Part shown: positions 10,872 through 18,552 of the stretch, piece by piece
Layout: the number at the start of each line of letters is the position of its first letter
Numbering within the stretch: the first letter of the stretch is position 1
Source: Halocafeteria seosinensis
Taxonomy: Eukaryota
Assembly: GCA_001687465.1 (NCBI GenBank)
Contig: LVLI01000409.1
Location: 58,044-78,043, forward strand
Direction: 5' to 3'
DNA: 20,000 bases
Position numbers and translations under genes: made by a program
Notes under the pieces: generated by a model
Seen by the model: only the letters and a program-made list of their open reading frames with translations
Database searches by the model: none
What the model was told of the DNA's origin: nothing

Positions 10872-12427
10872 TTACTTCAAAGGCTTCATGCCCATCCTCT
10901 TTCTCATCTCGTTCCAATATTCCGTGGATCCCTCCGGTGCCACAGACTTTGCCGCCTCAGCAGGGGATTTAGACGCATCTGTTTCTGGCCGAGTAGGTTC
11001 GTCATTTTTACGTTTACGTTCCTTGTGCTTGTGTCTTTGCTTTGGTTCTGGGCTTCTGCTCTGGCGACGTCTTTCAGAGTCGTGGCTGTTCTCAGAATCT
11101 GAGCGAGAGTTTCTCCGGCGGCGCGAGTGTCTCTTGCGACGATCATCGCTGCGGCTACGACTACGGCTACGGCTACGACTCTTCCTATGACTACGCGAAC
11201 GTCTTTGCCCATTTCGAGATTGCCGTTTGCGATCTCTATGACTCCTAGAGTCTCCACGACGACTCTCACTTCTATCTCGGCTGCGGCTGCGACTGCGTGT
11301 ATGTTCGGCGTTTTGTTCATTGCCCAATCTCCTCTCACTAGTTCCTCCGGTAGCTTTACGGCTTTCGTCCTGCTTCGAATTCTCCTCTTCCTTGTGATTT
11401 TCTGGCCCGGAATCCTCCTTGTTTCCTGTAGTTTGATCCGTTTGTGTTCCATTCGCTGATGATTTAGACTTATCCAAGAGTCCTGCTTTTTCCATAGACT
11501 CGAATTCGTCTTGTAATGCGGAGACGCGAGGTTTCAAGTACCCGGCATCTTCCAGTTGATGTCTCTGAGCAGACCAACAAGAACCTTATGATTATGGTTA
11601 GTAGCTTGTGTTTCTGACGTCGGCAGGACATACTTTTGGCAATCGCGGTAAGGCAATTCCTAGCACCGTTTCTTTGTGCAACAAGTCGTCTATGAACTCG
11701 TCCATGTGCGTGAGAATCCATCCTGTGGATGGAGCAGAATCGGGTTGACTCCAAATTTAAAGTTGACCACAACAAAAGTTCACTGCATACCTTCCGGTGT
11801 CCTCATCCTCAATTTTCTGTAGTCGTTGTACAAGGGTTCAAGATACTGGTAGATGTCCTTGGGTCTGCCAACCAAGCGAAGGTAGAATGCCCCCAGTGCT
11901 CTAACGTATCTGTAGCACATCAAGCAGCATCACCAATGGGAACAACTTAGCGAGGGTTGCGTTTCATGTTCTACTCACTTACTTGTAATCTTCTTGTTTG
12001 ATGTACTCTAATACAATATCCTGGTCTGGTTGAATTTGTAGCAGTTTGAGAGTGAGACAGATGAACGGTGTGGGCTTGTGGTTCCCTCCGTATGTGCTTC
12101 CTATATACTGAAGTTGCACCGCCTTTTCGAGAAGCGTCTCAGCTGCATATACATTTCATTATACGTGTATGAGGTGAATACGAAACGATGAATTCATTGT
12201 CTGTCGTACCTGTGAGGGCGAAGCAGTGTGCTTTCCAATAAAACGAATTATGTATCCGAACTCGCAAAATTTTCTCCACCAGATTCTGCAAATGGAATGG
12301 GCACATGGATTCGAGTTGTAAATGAGCCCAATAGGGTCCTTAATAAGCTGTAATATGCACAAACCTGTGGATTGGTTCCATGCACGGACCTCGCCAATGG
12401 GTCCGTCGTGTTCACTCCTGCCGACAT
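10872..12427 (-). CDS. PRP38: Pre-mRNA splicing factor PRP38 (PRP38A-like, 399 aa) with an RS-rich region and a C-terminal HIND-like motif
   Basis: Exons 12427-12365, 12285-12210, 12142-11983, 11909-11791, 11722-11634, 11564-10872 (1200 nt, in frame). Translation MSAGVNTTDPLARSVHGTNPQNLVEKILRVRIHNSFYWKAHCFALTAETLLEKAV...KPTPFICLTLKLLQIQPD...KYVRALGAFYLRL...YLEPLYNDYRKLR matches the PRP38 domain. Confidence 0.95.
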
Positions 12428-12680
12428 TTACACTGGGGTTCGTATCCTACACAGTCATCAGTGAATACAATAGAGCACATATCCCTCGGATGACAGTCTA
12501 TACTATGTCCATAGGAAGATGAAAGTGGCCATAAATGCACCAAATCCTAGTGGCAGAAATGATTGTTGGGTTGAAAACTTCAACTTCGTGAAGGTACGGG
12601 GATATAGAACGAGTTTTCGTGTGCATTGTTGACGCCTTTTGAAGAAGTGGACGTGTAGATATAGAGACATTCGGTGAAGG
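12428..12680. promoter_or_regulatory. Putative bidirectional promoter region between PRP38 and adenylate kinase
   Basis: 253 bp between divergent ATGs at 12427 and 12681. Positional inference only. Confidence 0.5.
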
Positions 12681-13779
12681 ATGCCCGTAATTGCAGCGGC
12701 TCGTCGGCTGGTGTTCTTTGGAGCTCCCGGTGTGGGGAAAGGCACGTTCGCAGCGCGCATTGCTCCAATTTTGGCTGTCCCGACGATTTCCACGGGGGAT
12801 ATCATGAGACAAGAGATCAAAGACAAGAGTGAAATAGGCCAGAAAGTGCAAGCATACACGGATAAGGGGGCCCTCGTTCCCGATGAGCTCGTGACGGAGA
12901 TGATCAAACGGAGAATTCAGGAGCAGGACGCGCAAAATGGATACATCTTGGTACGTGCACTTCTGAAGTTTTTTCCCAAGCTGAGGTCACGTCAGATCGT
13001 AGATTTGACCAAACCAGAAGACCGCTCTCCTGTTGGTTTTTCTCCTTGGTTCATCAATTGCTCTTCCTACCGCTGGTCGATGAAGAAAAAGACATCGCTA
13101 AAATGGGTATTAGATGGAATTGCAGGACGGCTTCCCGCGAACGGTCCCTCAAGCAAAGTCATTGGACGAGTTTGCTAAAATTGATCAGGTGGTGAATATC
13201 GAACTTGATGAGGCAGCACTGAAACAGAAGCTTTTAGGAAGGAGGTACGACATTGCATCGCTGGATTAAGAATAAGAGTCATGGTTTGCACTACGTGCTA
13301 CATTGTCATCAGAGTGTGTGCCGACTGTGGACGTTCGTACAATGTAGCTTCGATCCAAGATGGTACGTAAGCACTAATTTATGGATTTCGTATTCCTTGA
13401 ATGTGACTGTTGTTATCCACTGTGTTTCTCAGGCGAATTGGATATGCCTCCTTTGTTACCACAAGAATCCGATTGCAATGTTTGCAAAGGGAAACCGAAC
13501 CTTATCCAAAGAGAGGACGATACAGAAACTGTTGTCAATGACCGCTTGCGCGTTTACAAAGAACAAACGGAGCCTATTCTGGAACATTATCGGAAAAAGG
13601 GTGCGTTACGCTGCACGTCCAGTTAGAATCACTGCGATAGTCACGTGCCTTCTCTTTCAGGTATTCTGCTGGACTTCAGAGTGAAGAAAGGATTAGGTGA
13701 TATGGATCGCCTCCTTTCGGATATGGGTATTTCCGCTACTGCTGAAGAGGCAGAGGAAGCTCTTCGAAAGAGCACATAG
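12681..13779 (+). CDS. adk: Adenylate kinase, long-LID type with CxxC...CxxC (241 aa)
   Basis: Exons 12681-12950, 13126-13244, 13313-13362, 13433-13600, 13661-13779 (726 nt, in frame). P-loop GAPGVGKGT, ISTGDIMR, GALVPDELV, GYILDGFPRT across the splice junction, LGRRVCADCG, QREDDT..V..RL..Y. Confidence 0.94.
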
Positions 13780-14606
13780 TCTTTGTGTGCAGGCACGTTG
13801 AGCAGTCAAGCCGAGATCGCTTTTGTGTGGCAACCTTGTTGCTTTCGTTGTTTCGAACAGGCTACGGTACTTCCGAAGGTTAGTCGGTCCGCTGGTAATA
13901 CTTGTCTCTCGGCATATTTGTCAGACTCTAACCTAACTACAAATAGAGGTATTTTCATAATGCTGGTAGTGCGGTTAGTAGCTTGTGTGCTAGGAATTGT
14001 GTGACCAGTAAGGTTCAGATTCCTTACATGTCATGTGTTCGATACTGGAGCGCTTGGAGCCACAAAATACACATAGCTGTACATGCTCCTGGTCCATTTG
14101 CGCTACTCCTTTTCACCGACTTCATTGCACTAGCGTGGCTACATAAAACTGGGTCACGTCCCGAAATTGGTCCGACGGTTGAACAATGTCGATGAACAGC
14201 AGTTTCCGCTCCTGTGCGACTTCGGGCGAGCGACACTTTATGCACCAAGGATTCGATTACTCTGGTAAATTAGTGGTAATCTATGGTATAGTTGATTTAT
14301 TCGACCTGGGAGCGCTGGTGAAAGAGTTGAATGAAAGTACGCTTCCCCGATTTTTGACCGAGCTAACCGTTTCCGGCACGTACGAACACTGTCATTGAAC
14401 AGCCGTTGGGAGCTATTTTGTAAACCAGAGAGGCGACCATACGTTTTTCCAAGCATTCTAGCAGTGGAAACATTGGTGGCGGCAGCTTGAGTGGGAAGTC
14501 ATGCAGTGAATGCGAACGAGACTAAGACCAGATTTTGTCGCAAAGACGGTTGAGCGGCATACATGGACCTCTCTCTTTTATTGCTCGAGGAAGAAGCAAA
14601 ACCAGC

Positions 14607-17600
14607 ATGATAAAGCCACTCTCCAAAGTAAGAGGCCATCGGTCATTGGTTCGTGTACTGGCAATCGTGCTCCTCTATTGCTGTACACTGAACGTGCTGG
14701 TGCAAGGGAGCGCTCAGAATGCGACGGAGACCCCTTCCGCAACGATGAGTCCGACGGAGACCCCTTCTGAAACAATGAGTCCTACGGAGACTCCTTCTGA
14801 AACAGTAAGCCCAACGGAGACTCCTTCCGAAACAGTAAGTCCTACGGAGACTCCTTCCACAACAATGAGTCCTACAGAGACTCCTTCCACAACAATGAGT
14901 CCTACGGAGACTCCTTCGGAGAGCTCGACGTTATCCTCGAGCTCCAGTTTTACTCCAACTATGTCGACATCAAGCACGCAGACCCTCACGTCAACGCCCG
15001 GGAGTCCATCCAAGACTCCTACGGTCACCGCAAGTGGGAGCACCACCGGCAGCGGTTCTATAACACCGAGTGCGAGTACTTCCTTCACTGAGACTGCCTC
15101 CACTTCTGCTAGTCCGAGCACGCCAAGTGAAAGCTCCAGTGTTAGTGCAAGCCCTTCTGTGACATCTACCGGATCTCCTTCTTCGAGCGTTACAAGCTCC
15201 TCTGCCGGGACACCATCTGAGTCTCCGACTAGCTCCGTCACTCTTACTGCTACACCCACTGGCACTCCGACCCCTACCGGCTCCGGTAGTAGTACTGGAA
15301 CGCCATCGGCCTCCGCATCAAGCACAAGCAGTAGCTCCGGAACAGCAACAGCAACCTCAACGGTATCTTCTACTCCGAGTCGTACGAGCTCTCCCACGAG
15401 CACCCCATCATGGTCCCCAAGCCCGTCTATCACTGCGAGCAGTAGTCCGAGCAACAGTGCTACACCTTCTGTATCTCCTAGTAGCTCTTTGACTCCTTCC
15501 TCATCAGGCAGTGGAACCTCTACACCTTCCTCGTCTGGAACGAGAACGTCTACTCCATCATCAACTGGAACCGGAACGACTTCGCCCACAGGTACTCCTA
15601 CGACAACGGGAACTGGCTCCACCACGCCAAGTGAAAGCTCGAGTGTCAGTGCAACCCCCTCTGTAACGCCTACCGGATCTCCTTCTTCGAGCACAACAAG
15701 CTCCCCATCCGGGACACCTTCTGAGTCTCCGACTAGCTCTGTAACTCGCACTGGCACACCCACTGGCACTCCGACTCCTACCGGCTCCAGTAGTAGCACT
15801 GGGACACCATCGGCTTCTCCATCGCGTACAAGCAGCCCCTCCAGGACTCCAACAGCAACGGTGTCAGGCACAGGGACTGGAAGCGTTAGTAGCTCTCCAA
15901 GTAGCAGTCCTTCATCCACGGGCACGAGCTCCTCGACGTCAAGCCACACACCAAGCGTGACAGCGACTCCTTCGGGCACCTCAAGTTCCACACCGACACC
16001 TTCTACCACTGCTAGTAGAACTGGAACTCCCTCTCAAACGGCCTCCTCAAGCGGTAGTGGGACAGTAACCCCAACAGTGACACCGACTGGCACAAGTACG
16101 GCTAGTTTGACTCCAACGGGAACAGTTACAGTTACCCCCACTTCTTCGGGTACAGGAACGCCCTCGACTACTGCGTCGCCATCTTCAAGTCCTAGCAATA
16201 CCCCAAGTAACTCGGTTACTCCATCTACCTCTTCAAGTGGTAGTCGAACTCCATCGTGGACACCGTCGACAACCGGAAGCAGCTCGAATACCGCTACCAT
16301 CACAGCGAGTCCATCCGGAACGCCAAGTATCACTTCTACTAGTTCAACTACTCCAAGTAGCTCGTCCTCGGCAAGCGTCACTTCGTCAAGCAGCAACACA
16401 GCCGTTACTTCCAGTAGTACTCCCAGCATGGTTACAGGGACCCCTTCACAGAGCTTTTCAGAAACTCAGAGTGCTTCCTCCAGCGTTAGCGGTAACGTCT
16501 CAATGGTAATTAGTGCATCAGGCTCCGTTAGTCAGACGAGCAACGTTACGTTCCCAGCTCCTGTAGAGCCGACCCGATCAGGCAGCGTTACTCCCTCCAG
16601 TACCGGGACGGCAGCTGTTAGTACAACTAGTACCCCCTCAGTCAGTGTATCTTCTAGTAGAAGTCCGAGTGACAGTCCTTCTAGTAGCGTGACTGCGAGT
16701 CATACTGCGTCTGGCAGTATCACTCCGACGGGAACACCAACGCCTAGTACATCTCCCAGCACGACTGCCAGCAGCAGCGGGACGCCAAGCACTACTCCTT
16801 CGAGTACACCAACTCCTAGTGAGACACCAAGCATTACCTCGACACCAAGCGAGACACCCAGTAGGACACAAACACCAAGTAGCACGGCATCTTCCACTTC
16901 AACACCCAGTAACACTGCCTCCAATACGGCAACGCAGTCTGTCACCGCCACTCGAACAAGCTCAGTGTCTATGACGGCTTCGTCGTCTCCCACTCCGAGA
17001 ACCCCCACCCCGAGCAGCACTCGGACACCTACATCAAGTACTGGGGTAAAGGTTTCTCCGACCTCGTCGCCCACTCCTATCCCTTCTCGCATCAAAGATG
17101 TTGTTAGTCGCGATGATAGCTTCCTGGTCACTATCTTCAATTTGATTGGCACGCAACCGTCGTTTTTCGACAATCCATCCGTACGCGAAGAGGTGGAGGA
17201 TTCGATTTGCCGAAGCCTCGGACTAGTCCTGCCGAATAGCTGCCGCATTAGTAGGACTACCGATGAGAATCGACGAATTCTACTAGAGTATCGTAGGAAT
17301 TTAGTGGATGAAGTCGTTGCAGTTGAAATGGTTATATTTAGCAGTCGGGATGGCCGAAGTACTCTCGACGGCCGGAAAGTAAGGACTGAAGACGGGGACA
17401 CTACCGACACGGGAAGTATAATCGCAGAGATAGAAAAGAGAATAAAGGAAGAGTCTAGGAGACGTGCTGCATTTACGGAAATTGACTCAACGTTGCAGGA
17501 CGAGTTTGGATCGGGATTGAACGTTTCGGCCACAGTAGATACTGAACCGGAAATACTCTTCCGACAACCGCTTGTGCCTTCTTCTCTCCCGGGCGATACC

Positions 17601-17807
17601 GATACAGGTATCTCGGACGACAATTCAGCTGATATTATTGCTGTTGTAGTAGCAGCGGTAGTTGTCCTCGGGGTAGTAATCTTTACGCTCATGACAATCA
17701 GAAGGCGCAGACTGCTTCTCATGCATCAGCGGGCTACGAAAGCCAGCGCACGCACTGGACATGCCGATCCTGATTTAGATCCGATGCTAGAGCAATCGGA
17801 GTATTGA
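14607..17807 (+). CDS. Type I membrane mucin-like Ser/Thr/Pro-rich glycoprotein (1066 aa), intronless
   Basis: First in-frame ATG is at 14607. Signal-like N-terminus (VRVLAIVLLYCCTLNVLVQG), ~800 aa S/T/P stalk, non-repetitive domain at about 17112-17630, TM helix IIAVVVAAVVVLGVVIFTLMTI (17634-17699) followed by RRRR and a short cytoplasmic tail. Confidence 0.88.
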   Translation: MIKPLSKVRGHRSLVRVLAIVLLYCCTLNVLVQGSAQNATETPSATMSPTETPSETMSPTETPSETVSPTETPSETVSPTETPSTTMSPTETPSTTMSPTETPSESSTLSSSSSFTPTMSTSSTQTLTSTPGSPSKTPTVTASGSTTGSGSITPSASTSFTETASTSASPSTPSESSSVSASPSVTSTGSPSSSVTSSSAGTPSESPTSSVTLTATPTGTPTPTGSGSSTGTPSASASSTSSSSGTATATSTVSSTPSRTSSPTSTPSWSPSPSITASSSPSNSATPSVSPSSSLTPSSSGSGTSTPSSSGTRTSTPSSTGTGTTSPTGTPTTTGTGSTTPSESSSVSATPSVTPTGSPSSSTTSSPSGTPSESPTSSVTRTGTPTGTPTPTGSSSSTGTPSASPSRTSSPSRTPTATVSGTGTGSVSSSPSSSPSSTGTSSSTSSHTPSVTATPSGTSSSTPTPSTTASRTGTPSQTASSSGSGTVTPTVTPTGTSTASLTPTGTVTVTPTSSGTGTPSTTASPSSSPSNTPSNSVTPSTSSSGSRTPSWTPSTTGSSSNTATITASPSGTPSITSTSSTTPSSSSSASVTSSSSNTAVTSSSTPSMVTGTPSQSFSETQSASSSVSGNVSMVISASGSVSQTSNVTFPAPVEPTRSGSVTPSSTGTAAVSTTSTPSVSVSSSRSPSDSPSSSVTASHTASGSITPTGTPTPSTSPSTTASSSGTPSTTPSSTPTPSETPSITSTPSETPSRTQTPSSTASSTSTPSNTASNTATQSVTATRTSSVSMTASSSPTPRTPTPSSTRTPTSSTGVKVSPTSSPTPIPSRIKDVVSRDDSFLVTIFNLIGTQPSFFDNPSVREEVEDSICRSLGLVLPNSCRISRTTDENRRILLEYRRNLVDEVVAVEMVIFSSRDGRSTLDGRKVRTEDGDTTDTGSIIAEIEKRIKEESRRRAAFTEIDSTLQDEFGSGLNVSATVDTEPEILFRQPLVPSSLPGDTDTGISDDNSADIIAVVVAAVVVLGVVIFTLMTIRRRRLLLMHQRATKASARTGHADPDLDPMLEQSEY
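14724..14918 (+). repeat. Coding 30-bp tandem repeat, 6.5 copies, encoding TETPS[AET]T[MV]SP
   Basis: Unit ACGGAGACYCCTTCYRMAACARTRAGTCCT, visible directly from 14724 at 30-bp spacing. Confidence 0.95.
15120..15823 (+). repeat. Internal duplication of ~200 bp (~67 aa) in mucin 1; copies start at 15120 and 15624
   Basis: Both copies read TPSESSSVSA[ST]PSVT[SP]TGSPSSS[VT]TSS..GTPSESPTSSVT.T.TPTGTPTPTGS[GS]SSTGTPSAS, offset by 504 bp. Confidence 0.9.
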
Positions 17808-18552
17808 CCACCGGTCAGATATTGTGAGCTTGACCAAGATAAGCTTATTTTCCTTGTATATCTCTTAGGTATATTTGTGGTACAACGCTGTACAGTGTAC
17901 CTTTCTTGCTCGGATTGTGTCTTCTTCTGTATTTACTTTAATGAACTTATTCCTTGTATCTATCGCTACACTTCTGCTTCGCTTCATTCTAACTACCAAT
18001 GTGGTACCCGTGGCATGAGCTTCAAAGTTCCATCGAGTGGTCGCGGTCCGTGGGTGAGGAACTCCGCGGTTGAAGCTCTGTGCGACTTCGTCCTGCAGGC
18101 TGCGAGTCGCCTGCGAGTCGCTGCGACCTGCTTGGAAAGAGGCGTTCCAAGTAAAGCCGGGTCAGTTTCGCTGTGTACAAAGAACACAGCAGCTCCGACT
18201 CCGGCTTGTCATACAGATACGATGTATGTGGAATAAGACACGCCAACTTGTGGTCCAGCGCCTACAGGAAAGACGTGCGACAATTCCCCACTTCACCGAG
18301 GAGCAGTTATCGCGCGTTCTAGGACTACAGAGAGCACTGAGTTGACATTTTCGCGGATTTTTGTCCACAACAGCGCCGCGGCAGATTCAGCTCCATCCAC
18401 AGTCGCGCTCTTCACGTTGAGGGCACGAATAACTATTTGCATGGAAATATTAAAAGTGGAAATCGGTTCGGCGGCTGCACGCCATCCGTCAGCATGAATG
18501 AAGCAGTGAACACCTCTCTTTCGATAACGTGTTAAAGCTGGAACCAGGGGTG

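Noticed and set aside
11150..11180. (CGRCTR)n hexamer microsatellite
   Set aside because: It is simply the RS dipeptide repeat of PRP38 read on the opposite strand.
12433..12503. Possible 71-nt 5' UTR intron (GTATAG..CCCCAG, minus strand) just upstream of the PRP38 ATG
   Set aside because: Size and ends fit, but there is no coding constraint to test it against, so it needs transcript data.
33..13660. Introns as introner-type mobile elements
   Set aside because: By eye the introns share no extended similarity and no terminal inverted repeats.
14724..14918. 30-bp repeats resembling a CRISPR array
   Set aside because: Head-to-tail units with no unique spacers, in frame within a CDS, in a eukaryotic context with no cas genes.
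14714..17722. Long minus-strand ORFs (431, 131 and 340 aa) rich in V/G/E/L
   Set aside because: Antisense shadows of the Ser/Thr/Pro codons of the mucin gene, with no independent protein features.
18015..18345. Protein-looking ORF (WNKTRQLVVQRLQERR...) and a TGCGAGTCGC direct repeat between the mucin genes
   Set aside because: No recognisable family and no supported exon structure; the repeat is only two 10-mers.
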